Shown here in pieces: positions 39,320-52,029 of a stretch of 64,000 nt of DNA. The stretch comes from Octopus sinensis. Taxonomy: Eukaryota. Each line of letters begins with the position of its first letter. The first letter of the stretch is position 1. Position numbers and translations under genes: made by a program. Under the pieces are notes generated by a model that saw only the letters and a program-made list of their open reading frames with translations, did not search any database and was not told the DNA's origin. The stretch lies in assembly GCF_006345805.1 (NCBI RefSeq), contig NC_042998.1:73160001-73224000 (forward strand), given 5' to 3'.

Positions 39320-39660
39320 CAAGGATTCCAACATCACCATCAAAATACAGGTTCAGATACTGCAACAGCTTGGGTTTCAGAGGATCACAGCTCTTTAACA
39401 TCCTCCCTAAATGCCTGAGAGACATACATGGTGTGGATGTGGGTTTCTTTAAAACTAAACTGGATCTCTTCTTGTCGGGAGTCCCAGATGAACCTACCTC
39501 ACGACAGGAGACACAGATGCGGGCAGCAGCATCGAACTCCCTTGTTGATCAAGTGCCACGTATCAGAGGTGGATTCACAAATTAGTGTAGCTCATTCAGC
39601 GGTGATGCCCCAGCATGGCCGCGGCCTTCGGCTATAACATTTTGAGGATTTAAGGATTTA
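39320..39660 (+). mobile_element. CR1-type LINE 3' end (ORF2 C-terminus, 3' UTR, short repeat tail)
   Basis: NSLGFRGSQLFNILPKCLRD...FFKTKLDLFLSGVPDEP...SNSLVDQ, stop at 39585, a gccttcggc hairpin and a tgaggatttaaggattta tail. Confidence 0.8.
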
Positions 39661-39774
39661 TATATATACTAGCAGAATTGCCCGGCGTTGCTCGGGGCTG
39701 AATTGCTTGAAAGTACTGTTAATGATTGCACTGAATTATGATGATTATTCAGGCAAATATTGATATAAGTTTAC

Positions 39775-40275
39775 GGTGGGAGATAAGGACTTAACGATCA
39801 AACGTGTGCCATTGCATTGTTTTGGGGGAACCAAATTTCTGATGAGCATTATAGGGGCACCAACTTTAAGTTTGAAAAAGTGTGGTGGTAGTCCGGGGTG
39901 CTCAAAGGAATTGAGTACCTCTATTGGATAGTTGATGACGTCCTCTGGGTCAGGAGTTGTATCGATAGACTGATATACATAGACTTCCCCAGGAATGAGT
40001 TTTAGCATTTCATCATTAATATGGTGAACAGTTTTATTCCTCGGGGCCAGTATAGCCTTTTTGCCAATCCAATCCATATTCTGATAATTAGCTTGTAGAT
40101 CTGGGAACACTGCATCTCTGAGATCAGAAGGCGTCTTAACAATGGTAGAAATGGAATCGATGGCAATAATACCATTTTCATCCCCTGGTATTTTGCCTTC
40201 GCCAAGTGCAAGGAGGGTGTGAGGAAATGCTGCTGATGTGATATTACGTCGCATATGAGCACGCATATTGGTGTG
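39775..40275 (-). pseudogene. PIF1-family helicase fragment of Helitron RepHel
   Basis: TNMR...LLALGEG, AILAPRNKTVHHIN, NYPIEVLNS..PGLPPH..KLKVGAPIMLIRNL...CNGTRL. Confidence 0.9.
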
Positions 40276-40514
40276 AAGTTTGAGAGTTACTTCCCTTTAT
40301 TTAAAAAAATATGCATTAAAATGGAAAAAAATGATGGTAAATTATTTGTAAAATCATAGACTCATCGTAGACGCGCGCTAATACCCAGAAGGGCTCGATA
40401 TGAATCACGACTATAAAATACCCGGTTTTGGTTAAACTGCATCGCCAAATGTGGGAGTACTTAGGAATCTAAATCGGAGTAGACAGACACACAACCTTTC
40501 TTTTATATATAAAT

Positions 40515-41025
40515 ATTTTCGTCCTCAAAAACTTTGTATGGATTGAATGGTTACCTCTATGGAAATAAATACACGCACATTATACATACATGTGTGTATA
40601 GATGAATATATAAATACATTTAAATATCTATATACACTTTTGGGCGATCTTTCTGTTTCTTAGAGATAACTTTAGATCTTATTTTCGTCCTCAAAAACTT
40701 TGTATGGATTGAATGGTTACCTCTATGGAAATATATACACACACATTATACATACATGTGTGCATAGATGAATATATAAATACATTTATATATCTATATA
40801 CACTTTTGGGCGATCTTTGTGCTACTTAGAGATAACTTTAGATCTTATTTTCGTCCTAAAAACCTTTGTGCGGAGTGAATGGTTACGTCTATAGAAATAT
40901 ATACACACACATTATACATACATCTGTGTATAGATGAATATATAAATACATTTAAATATCTATATACATTTTGGGCGATCTTTCTGCTACTTGGATATAG
41001 GTCTTATATTCGTCCTAAAAACTTT
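40515..41025. repeat. Tandem repeat, ~3 units of 166 bp, inside the Helitron
   Basis: Unit starts (attttcgtcc) at 40515, 40681 and 40847, with a degenerate restart at ~41006. Confidence 0.9.
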
Positions 41026-41527
41026 CCTGTCACACACTCACGCACACGCACACACACACACACGCACCCTCACACACACACAGACGCACGCACACACACA
41101 CACACTCGCACGTTAGCTTACAATTTTATTTATATATTTGCGTGTCTATGTGTGTAAACAGGAAGTGGGAGGCAGAGTGAAAGTGTCACTCACTACAGAA
41201 AGTTAATTACTTTCACTTTATTCATTGCACACTGTGTGTGTGCGTTTGCGTGTGCTGTATCCCACACTAAGAGAAACATTTGACTCATACACCACAATGT
41301 GATTTTCTCTAAATTTTGCTTAATTGGAGTTGAAATTTTAAAAAGTGGACCTGGCAAAACCCGATGCATTCTACTCTTAAAAATGCTAGGTAAATTGTAA
41401 TTGAAGAAATCCTATATTGTAGATTTCTATAACTGACAAAGGGAGGCAGATAAAATCTGCCTTTTATAATAAGAGATAATAATAAATCTTAGAGCGAGTT
41501 ATAAATAGTAGCTGCAACACATCGTGA

Positions 41528-41706
41528 CATATATTTGCCATTTAAATATGGCGAACCCCTAAGGGTGGATGCTACTGTAGTTTGTAGCCCCAGGAGGACA
41601 CCTCCTCAAGAAAGTGTGTCTAAAGCTAGCTGGAAGAGGTGTCCTCCTGGGCCTACAAACTACAGTAGCATCCACCCTTAGGGGTTAGCCATATTTAAAT
41701 GGCAAA

Positions 41707-41712
<6 letters not shown>
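41528..41712. repeat. Near-perfect inverted repeat: 77-bp arms, 2 mismatches, 31-nt loop
   Basis: 41528-41604 compared base by base with the reverse complement of 41636-41712. Confidence 0.95.
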
Positions 41713-41805
<93 letters not shown>

Positions 41806-41929
41806 ACATATATATATGTATATAAAGTACGTGTGCATATATGTGTGCGTGTGTGCATGTGCGTGTGCATATGTCTATAGATAGATATATAGATAGGATG
41901 GATGGATATGAAAAAATGAGCGGAGATGG

Positions 41930-42075
41930 CTTTTGGGGATAATTTTTATTTTAATAATAATGTTTACAGTGAATTGTAATTTTCGGCAAAATTCTTCCGT
42001 GGCTTTTATGAGTTCAACTTCGTTGGTTTTGGAGTGGGTGTAAACTTCAATAATTTTCCAGAAGTTTAATTTCTT
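41930..42075 (-). mobile_element. Penelope-like element ORF N-terminal fragment
   Basis: LKFTPTPK.NEVELIKATEEFCRKLQF (frameshifted); inverted relative to 42290-42455. Confidence 0.7.
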
Positions 42076-42289
42076 TAAATAATTTCTATTTTGGCGACCT
42101 CCAATCCAACAACCAAGAACATTCTTATTCATGAATAACCAACCTAAAATTCTTACAAACAGTAAAATATAAAATTCCCACATAGACACTCCCTACTCCA
42201 TTGGAGACAATTTTTTAAGACAGGAATCTACCGCAGAAAAAAGAAAGTAACCCCGTCCTTCACGAGACATTAGTAAACAAACACAGAAG

Positions 42290-42455
42290 CAAACCGAAAA
42301 TACTAAATTTATCATCTAAGAAATTATCTAGGGAAGAAATGAAACTCTTGGAAAATGGATTGAAATTTACACTCACTCCAAAACCCAACAAAGCTGATCT
42401 CATGACAGACAGAAGAATTTTGCCGAAAATTACGATTCACCGTAAACATGATTAA
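42290..42455 (+). mobile_element. Penelope-like element ORF N-terminal fragment
   Basis: ILNLSSKKLSREEMKLLENGLKFTLTPKP...EEFCRKLRF matches the NLS..L...E..LL..GLKF.PTP motif of PLE ORF starts. Confidence 0.75.
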
Positions 42456-42635
42456 TTAAATAAAAATTCTCCAAAAAAGCCAGCTCTAGTTAATTTTTTC
42501 AAATATACAGATTGTGCCAAGAACTTCCTTTTTATTATTCTAAGATATATAAATATATATATATATGTTATTAAATAAGAAAATAGAGAAGCACATCAGT
42601 TGGTTCATCAGCTTTAGGATATTAAAATGTTGACA

Positions 42636-42672
<37 letters not shown>

Positions 42673-42690
42673 TTATTATTATTATTATTA

Positions 42691-42727
<37 letters not shown>

Positions 42728-42789
42728 CATCATTATTATTATTATTATTATTATTGTTATTATTATCATTATTATTATTATCATTATTA

Positions 42790-43273
42790 TATTATATTAT
42801 TATTATTATTATCATTATTATTATTATCATTATTATATTTTGTGCTATTGTTATTCATGTTTGTGTAACTTAAATTATTTTTTCTACTTAGATAGAAATT
42901 GTCAAGTCTTCTATTGTTAATTGAGGATATGATGGTGGGTAGGTTATGAGTTAGACTATATATTTTTCTTATTGTTTTTTTATTAATTATCTCCCAAAAT
43001 TTACTTTTTTCCTTTTTCAAAATGTTTGTTTATTATATTGAAAATATTCTTTATCATATTATTCTTTATTTGTATAGCATAAGGTATTATTAACCATAAA
43101 GTATATGTTTCATTATTTTCCTGATAAGGTTTTTCTAATATTATTTATAATTTCCATATTTTTATTCCTACTGTTATAATTTTTATAATTAATAATATTC
43201 TTTTTGTCCTAATTTAAACTAAATATTTCATTTGTGTTATTACTTTTATAATTAGTATTATTTTTATTATGTC

Positions 43274-43322
<49 letters not shown>

Positions 43323-43870
43323 TATTATGGGATCTCTAATCCTATTTATACTATTTTTATTTTTATTGTTGTTATTTTACTTTTTATTTGTATTATTGCT
43401 ATATTTGTCTAAACTAAGTGTGTTATTATTCGATCCTCAGTATTTATGCTAATATTATTCGGGATATATTTTATTTTACCATTATATCCTGCCTTATGTA
43501 ATGCTTTGTTGTTTTTTTCCCTATGGCTATTAAAAATCTCTTGATTCTAAGATAGGTTAGAAATTCGTTTACTTATGTTTAGTAGTAGGGCTTTTTTATT
43601 TGCGTGGGGTGATTACTTGAATTATTCATATAATCTTAAATAAGAATTCTTTTCATATAAGGTTCATGGAGTCCAGTATTAAGGTTGCAATTAAAATCTA
43701 AATAATTTATAGAATAATTTTCATTTTCCATAGTTATGGATAGGCCAAAATTATTAACGAATTTGTGCAAGCAAAATTCCTAACTAAGAATAATGCATCG
43801 TCACTATAAAGACCACCAGTTAATTCAGGGAATTCCTTACATATATTGTGAAATAAATAAAGATCTACCA
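42790..43870 (-). mobile_element. Penelope-like element RT C-terminal half and linker, decayed, with (AAT)n expansions
   Basis: GGLYSDDAL (catalytic motif at ~43797-43808), NNFGLSIT, NYLD..NLNTGLHEPY, SNHP...ISKRISNLS, ALHKAGY; then IINKHF...INKKTIRKIYSLTHNLPTIISSINNRRL. Confidence 0.85.
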
Positions 43871-43942
43871 AGACAGTCATTCCACTGAGTCTGACGATCC
43901 CATATATATATATATATGTATGTATGCATGTAAGTGTGTACG

Positions 43943-44003
<61 letters not shown>

Positions 44004-47000
44004 TCTAAGGAAACTGACGTTCGTATGTTAACAAGAATTCTTTAGATAATTAACCTAATTTCTTTCAATACCCTTTGAACGTGATCTTTGGATCTGTTAG
44101 AAATGCTTGTCAAATTTCATCCTGTTATCTTAAAAGGGATCATAAAAAGGGGATAATACACTGGTAAATAAACTGTCTGGAAAAGTAGCGTGTGGTCAAA
44201 ACCTAAATGGTTTTGATGATAGACATGTTTTGGCAAGGCAAAATTGGGATTAAAGCTCAGTAACAACTACCGCGTGATGCATAATATGCAGTGACGATTC
44301 CTTTTGTGATGCTTTAGTACGACGGTATAAGTTTCATTCTTGATTTGTTCCGGCAGCTCCTATTGCAATCGCTGTGAGAGGAATGTTCGGTCATAAACAT
44401 CATTCAGGTGAGGATACTTTGGAACAGTCGGTATCACGACCTTCATGTGTTTCCTTATGCACACCTTCCTCGAACTAATGAATCCAGCAAGAGTTTTTGG
44501 CTTTTGTTTATACATTCAGCAAACAAATTATTTGCTGATGCATGCTGATTTCTGAAACCGATAATAATTCCACGCATTCGTCTGAAAGAATTTGTTTGCC
44601 AAAAACGAAATACAACAGCGATTAGCATATTCATGTTTTAATCTGCTGGAACCAATTAAATATGAATATGTATGTCATCATTTGGAATTTTGCAGTTCAC
44701 CTTGCACATAACGCTTTATCATATTGAGGTAGTTTTATTTTTATTAACAGCTCCACAGTGGAAAATTTACATTCTGACGATTTGCTAATATTTGAACCTC
44801 AGTATGAAGCACTTTGATGTTTGGATAATAAAGGATGCTTTTAATATTCAAATACTTTCTCTTCTATTTCAGATAGCTTAAATGTTGCATATTCTCATTC
44901 AGTTACTTTTCAAATATATAGATGTGTACTTACGTAACGTCACCTTTCTGCTATTGAAAAATCCATGAATGCCAAAGTTCCACCTTCATTGTCAACTCAT
45001 GTACTTATGTTTAAAAAATTAGAATTTGTATAGTTTACATGTATGAGTTATATGTATTATTAATATTCGGATGCTATTTAAATAGGCATCCATTTCTACA
45101 AACATTATGACCAATATTAGTAGACAATAGAAATTATTACGAAATATGCTTTAAATGTTGAGGATGAAGAAACAAAAGGAAATTAAAAATGAAAGCAAAA
45201 GTAAATGACCCATTGAAACTATTAAAATATCGGTCGCTCTTAGCAAAATTGTATTAAAGCGTTAAATTCTCGTATTTTCTTTTTTTCTTTTATTTTTGTT
45301 ATGTTTTTACGAAAACACGACCATTAAACTTTTTATAATTAAACTATATCACAAGTGAAGTTGGTTTATCAACATATTGATTGCTGCTTCATATCAGCAA
45401 GGTTCTTTTTTCATGGTATTAAACTATTCTCGTGTATCACCATAACATTTCGACATTGTACACTACCGAATTAGCTACTATCAGGATATGTATCAATCTC
45501 GAAGTACTATGAAGAGAATTTAGCTCAATGCAGTGGCTAGATATAATATTAATGTTGTATATATTACCCACATCTCATTTCAGAGATGGTCTCTGCCTCC
45601 TCACACATAATGCATAGCAAAATCTTAGCTATTCTTAGAGACGCCTCAACGAAATAAATTAATAATTCATTGTATATAAATTATAACTGCTAAGCCTGCC
45701 ATTTCTTTCACCAGAAGATACATATAAATGTATACACAACATATAGTAGCAGTTGTTTGTGATCATCGATTTATCCGATTTCCTTGTACTAGTGCTTTCT
45801 GCAAGTAGTTTTCCTCAATAATAACTACGTGTTTACCCCAATATGCAACGTTATGATATAATATGATATGCATAATCTGAAGTTGTCTAGTAAGTGTATT
45901 TTAATAGCCTCGATACTTCATCTCTTTCAGGGTAGTAAGATGATAGCTTTACCTTTTTAGACGACCTCAGTATGATTAATTTCTTTAGGGAATGTATGTT
46001 TTATATGTAGGCTGTTTCTCTCTATCTATTTCAACAGTATACAGTTACTAATGTCAAATGAATTCTTATTTAATCAGTTCCTGGATATAATCCTTCGATA
46101 TATTAAAACTCTGCTGAAATTATTGTTGCGGTATATGCTTACTGCAACCGCCTGACAAACTCTAAGTTTTGAGCAGGATTCAAACCGAAAAGTGACAAAA
46201 ATACTACAAATAATTACTCACAACTTATAAAGAAAACACCTTTCTTACACTTGGTAAAAGACCCTGCACAGTATCTATCTGACATTTCACCAGAATTCAG
46301 AAGTCTTCGCAAGGTTTATATTATTCAAGATATCGCCGAAAAAATACAGTGTTTTCTCCATAAACTAAATATTAATGAGTTTTACTGATAACTTTAACTG
46401 GTATATAATTCTCTTTGTATTTATAATACTATTTTATAAATTTCATTTTATGAGTAAATCATGAATATTTCGTCTGATGTTGATGTGGGAAAATACTTCT
46501 GTCTGGACGCATATATCCTCTTGAAATATTTAAATCATATGCATACAGATGCAATGTAATATTATTGGTGAAATAATTCTGATGTAACATATTCGTTTAA
46601 TATTAATTGTATATATTATACGAGATTAACCAATAGAAACAACTGCCAGTATATCATGCAGGGAGGTATCAATATTTAAATGCTCCTCTTGACTAACAGA
46701 TACTTAGGCCTCACATACTTTCGAATGACTTTCGTTTTCTTTTTTTATGAGATTGTATTTAGATTATTCTACTGTGCCAAACGGTAATATTGTTTGGAAT
46801 CCAAGGTTGCTTATACACTGAACGTGTGCTGTGTTGACTAAAAATATATCGGACTCGCCGTCGACGGTAAAGAGCGTGATATGGAAAGGATGTGTTTAGA
46901 AATAGTCGGTGTGTCTCCAAGAGATATTTTTATGAGAGTGGCTGACACAAATTAAAATGGCAGATGATTCATTTTGTCTGAGAATAATCGCTGTACGTCT

Positions 47001-49014
47001 TGAGAATTAGACATAGATAAAAACTGAGGAAGATCATTTACTAGAGAAAAGGAAAACAAAATTAAAGTGCATGATAAATAGTGACTAACCTACCAGGGAT
47101 CGAATGGCGTAGTGAAGTCTCTCAAAAACTTGCACTCACTTTAGAGAGGTAGTAGATTAATATTGTGCTCCAATCTGCTGGGTCAGATCCTCAGAATGTA
47201 TTCCAGAATTATAACCATTATACAATTTGATGACAAAAGGAAACTCCCCAAAGACATGCCTAGTCATCTAATGTTGTTAACTACAAAAATGTTTGGTTGA
47301 ACACAACATGCCAAGGGACACTGTTAACCACTAAGTCGTGATGTGGTCAAATTGTTCCAACAAAGTATTCTTTGTTAAAGCCAGCAATTAGAAAACACAG
47401 CTGTGTAGCTGTTTTATAGTGATACCAGCAGAATACAGTGGGCTAATGAATTCCACTTCAGAGCGATGAAGCTCGCAGCAAGAAAACTTTGCATCAGCTT
47501 TAAGAGCTATAACCTTAGGTGATTTTCATTATCAACAACTGAATAGAAATATTCTTTCATATGGATTCTATTGGTCCATGTAAACTATTTATTATTTTCA
47601 GATGGGTAAAAATCGATCAAGATTAAGGGTTAGGCATAGAAAGAGAAAAAAAATCTACTATTATAAATCATTTAAAAATCATCGATGAAACAAACTTTGT
47701 TCGATCATAGTAATGTTCACTTCAGGGATACTTTTCACAAAAAGCAGCATGAGGCGTGGCAATTCACGCTAACATCAAATGTGAAGCCAGAATTTCCTCC
47801 TCACCCGTAAAGAAGCGAAGCTAATCAAATAGTTTTACTTGATACCAGTGACTTATTATCGAAAACCGGTCAAAACTATATTTACGATATACAGAATCTA
47901 AAATCAATAATTGATTTGTCAATCGATTATCAGTATATCAAGCCAACAGACTGAAAAGACATATCAAATTTACATAGACGAAATTACGTGAAGTTTGACT
48001 GATAATTTCCTGCCGGTAGTCTTTTTTATGGTAGACTTCTAGAATTGTGTTGTTCTTTAATCAGTGTATGGCACAAATTGCTCCGTAGGTTTGATAATTT
48101 CAGAATGAAACAAGACGTCGTAACAAAACGTTTTGTCTGTTGTTGACAGGTAATATTAAAAATTGACAGGCATTGTCTAGAATGAAACAGCTGTTCTTCA
48201 TCTCTTGCAATAATGAAAATCGAAATATAAAAATATTTTTCTTGAATATCAGTGAATATTTTTTGGGGAGAATGTAAAGCAAAGCGTCAGTATTTAAGTG
48301 ATATGATGCATAACTTATTGGTTGTAGGTTCAAATTTTCTGTAGAGATGATATCTCATTGATGTGTCTCCTTTCATTAACTGGTAATCCGAATCTATGAG
48401 GTAGCAGTAGCAACAAGAAACACCTACCTTGTTGTTGCAGGTCATGCAAAATAGTAGCACAATTTCCTGAACTAAAATCGTGTGCCCTTCAAAAGAAGAT
48501 TTCAAAGCCGAACAAAGCATTCGATCATACACCAACTCACTCAAGACTAACTCTGAGGTAAACAATGACGATGACGACGGCCACGGTGGCAGGAACAACT
48601 CCTACAAGAGGTAAGATTACTTGTAGCTTATCATCTTACTAATACGTTTGTATCTGATCCTTTAATGCGTTGTTCTGTGGAATATTAACAATGTTCTTTG
48701 CGCAATACTAAGGATTCAAGAGTATATAGAATAAATTTGCTTTATTTTCTCCTAAACTAAAGCACGACGTTTACGAATGGACAAAAGGCTTAAAATACCT
48801 ACTAAATCCATGTTTAGAGACGAATTATTGTAAAACTTATTAAGAAAGCTCAGTTTCAAACGTTATCAACATTAACAATGTCAAAACTATAACACCAAAC
48901 AATACTTATATACTTAAATATTCTAAAACTGTAAATTCTCTCGAAGTTCCAGATAGGAATGACATTTGCTTCTGTCCCTTCGTTTAGTTCTGTCTCGTCT
49001 ACTCCATTTATCTA

Positions 49015-50105
49015 TCAGCCTGAGTAAAAGTGAGTAACGTTTTGAAACATGTAATTCAACACAATATATTTCAACAATGTGGGAATTCTATTTATGAAAG
49101 TAAGTACCATTGCAATCAACACATTTTAGCTAACGAGGGACAAGCTTGTTTATTCCGATACCATTAAAATCTGGAGTTCTGGAGCTGATGAACTCTTCCA
49201 GCGTACTTTCACCATTCGTTTAAATTTCGAACTCTTTCTCTTTCAGGAAACCATCAAGGTACTTGAAAAAGTGGTAGTCAGTAGGAGAATGGTCCGGGGA
49301 ACAAGCTGAGTGGGGAAGAACTTCGTAGACAAGTTCCCTCAACTTCTGGAGCATCATTAGTGAAACGTATGGTCGAGAATTTTCATGAAGAATAAATGGT
49401 TCTCTTTTATTGACCAGTCTAGGATGGAGGAATAACAGGTTTTCGTTCATTGTGGTAATTTCTTGGCAATATGCTTCTGCAGTAATAGTTTTTCTGGGTT
49501 CTAAGAAGAAAAACAGCACCAAACAGAGCTCGGGTTTCGGGAATGCTACGGTGTTTCGTTTTGGTCTAACTCCTGCGATGAACGTTTTTCATAATTGTAC
49601 AGAATCCAGTTTTCATTGCAAGTTACAATACGGTCGAGAAATGGATCGGTCTGGTTACGGAGAAGAAGCGTCGAACAAATTTCATATCTGCGCATTTCTG
49701 ATTCTCATTCACATTATGTGTTACCCATTTGTAAGGCTCTTTTGATTTTCCCATCGCATCCAAATGGTTACAGGCAATTTTCTGGATAACTTGAAGTTTT
49801 TTTGCCAGGTCTCGAGTGGTTTATGTGAATCTTTATCAATGATAGTCTTTAATTAGCGTCCATCGATGACAGATGTGTGTCCACTACGCGCGCGATCTTC
49901 AAGGCTGAGGCATCCATTGCGAAATCGTTGAAAGCATTTTCGAGCTGATCAATATTAACTTCTTGATGCATTTGGGCAAGTCTATGTCTGTATTATCAGA
50001 CAATTGCAAAAAACAGAAATAGTTTTAAAAATAAAGGAAAAACTGTAAAAATCCGGTACAAATTCTTTGTGGTTCAAAACATTGCTTGCTTTTTACTCAA
50101 CCCGA
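49015..50105 (-). mobile_element. mariner-family (DD34D-type) element with TIRs and TA TSD, decayed
   Basis: TA|tcagcctgagtaaaagtgagtaacgtttt ... aaaacattgcttgctttttactcaacccga|TA. The translation gives FLDRIVTCNENWILY, LHENSRPY, SPDHSPTDYHFFK and GINKLVPR. Confidence 0.92.
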
Positions 50106-50432
50106 TATCACTCTACTTTATATTGTCTGTTTACTATCAATATCTTCTCTATGGCTTCATATATATTTTACTTGACAACACATCTTTCAATCTTGTTTCA
50201 TGCATTCTTTTATCTTCAGTACGACACATCCCATCCCTCCATACAACTCTGTCACACTCTGTCTGTCCGTCTCTCTCTAACTCAACCCCTTCAGTACGTA
50301 CTCTAATCACTTTGTTTTTCCTTCTCCATATTTCCGCATATCTGCTTCTGTATTAAGCTTCCCTATATCTAAATTATATTCTACCTCATTGTCAAGCATA
50401 AACTTTGGCTTCCGCAATATAAATCTATCTAT

Positions 50433-50690
50433 CAAGGTGGTGAGCTGGCAGAAATGTTAGTACGCTTGGCAAAATGGTTAGTGGTATTTCGCCTGTCGTT
50501 ACGTTTTGAGGTCGACTTTACACCGAGGTCGACTTTACGCCGTGGTCGACTTTACGCTGACGTCGACTTTGCTTTTCATCCTTTAGGGGGTCGATAAATT
50601 AAGTACCTTTTGCATAATGAGATCGGCTCGATCTAACCTACTGGTCTCCTCCCCCAAAATTTCGGGCCTTGTGCCTAGAGGAGAAAAGAA
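50433..50690 (+). mobile_element. SINE family A with an internal 17-bp tandem amplification
   Basis: Family head and tail, plus four gaggtcgactttac-type units at 50508-50572. Confidence 0.85.
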
Positions 50691-51689
50691 TATATATATA
50701 TATATATATTGTGTCTGAGCGTCAAATTAGGAAACTGCTTGCGCCACGTCCAAACGTTTGTTTTTTTATTCTTTTTCCCTGTATGTGTGTGTTTTTTTAT
50801 TGTCCATATATTTCTCAAAAGTTTGATATATTAGGATATGATCATTGAAAATACCTTCTTCAAATTGGCATGCGAAAACTGACCGGTGGCTAAAATCACA
50901 CCGTACTCTTCGTGCTTAACTAAATAAATTAAACTGCACCAGAAAAAATTTAACAGAAAAATTATTTCTTTCTCTGACGTGAAATAAATTTTAAGTGAAC
51001 AATAATCAGCAGTAATTCCTCTACCATTATGAATAGCAATAAAACAAAATAACAAGAATATGTTCTTGCAACTTTAGTATCAAAGTATAAAATGTTTCCA
51101 AATGAATATAGTCAATGGAAAGAATATGATTAGTTCATAGAGTAAAACGAAATGTAAAACAAATTCTAGAGTTTAATATATTCAAATAATTACCATTATA
51201 AGACAGTGAAGGCTTAGTGAGAGATTTTACTGTCTAAACACACATCTTATAAATTGACAAGTTTTATATCATGTACTGCAAAGCTTACCAAAACATAACC
51301 TCTGTAATTATAAGGAATAATGGCTATAGAATTTCATGAATAAACAAACTGTAAACTATTCCGTCTGCACTGATGTTATTGATTGGAATAAAGAAATGCA
51401 AATTTAATTATATGGATTTAACTGAAGATATGAGAACATCTTACCAATTAGTCTCTTTGATTAGCATTCGTTTTATCCTCGTGTTTTGTTCACGATCTAA
51501 GCATTTTAGCGACAGAAATCAACCAAGTTCAATGAATATCGAACATCAGTCTTCATAATAAACATCAGACGGATGTCACAGTTGATATTGTAAGATACGT
51601 TCTGCAGTCTGTAGAGATGCGATTGGACCTATGATCCCTCAGATCATTAAATATTAGAAGAAAGGGATGGATGGACAACATTCATTGTG

Positions 51690-51820
51690 AATACTAAATT
51701 CTTGGGAAGGTAAGGAGACTCGGGAATGTGAAGCTGTGATAGGTATTTGGCCAAATTATTAAGTACAGTTCCTGCACATGAGAAAAGACAGAATGGGTGA
51801 GTAAGAGATAAAATAGTGGA
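51690..51820 (-). mobile_element. Short PLE RT N-terminal fragment
   Basis: PFCLFSCAGTVLNNLAKYLSQLHIPESPYLPKN resembles P.RPIIS.IGT..YNLAKYL..LL.P....Y..KN. Confidence 0.5.
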
Positions 51821-52029
51821 TGTAGAACAGTACATGTTTCGCTAAGAAAGCTTTGTTTAGGAAATGATGAAAGACATGCAACAGTTCTATTGAAGTAAGA
51901 AGTCGAATATTAATGGTACAGAATTATTTTAGACACAACTCAAGATATGCACGTACAGAATTCCCAAAACTATTACACTGACCACATGCTTGTGACAAAC
52001 ACAAGGCCTCATAATTTGAGCTACATTTT

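Larger units (their letters stand above)
39669..41476 (-). mobile_element. Non-autonomous composite Helitron (1.8 kb)
   Basis: The minus strand starts A|TCTCTTATTATAAAAG at 41476 and ends with the hairpin cccgagcaacgccggg plus CTAG|T at 39669. It is inserted between A and T with no TSD and carries a co-oriented PIF1 fragment. Confidence 0.85.

Noticed and set aside
44356-44407. 51-nt plus-strand exon candidate (PIAIAVRGMFGHKHHS) with AG/GT ends
   Set aside because: The opposite strand resembles a decayed CR1 ORF2 end (VPTVPKYPHLNDVYDRTF...LPEQIKNET), and there is no support for splicing.
46170-46390. ~70-codon stop-free plus-strand frame after a weak acceptor
   Set aside because: No homology recognised; such frames are expected many times by chance.
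50508-50572. CRISPR-like short repeats
   Set aside because: No unique spacers, embedded in a SINE, eukaryotic context and no cas genes.
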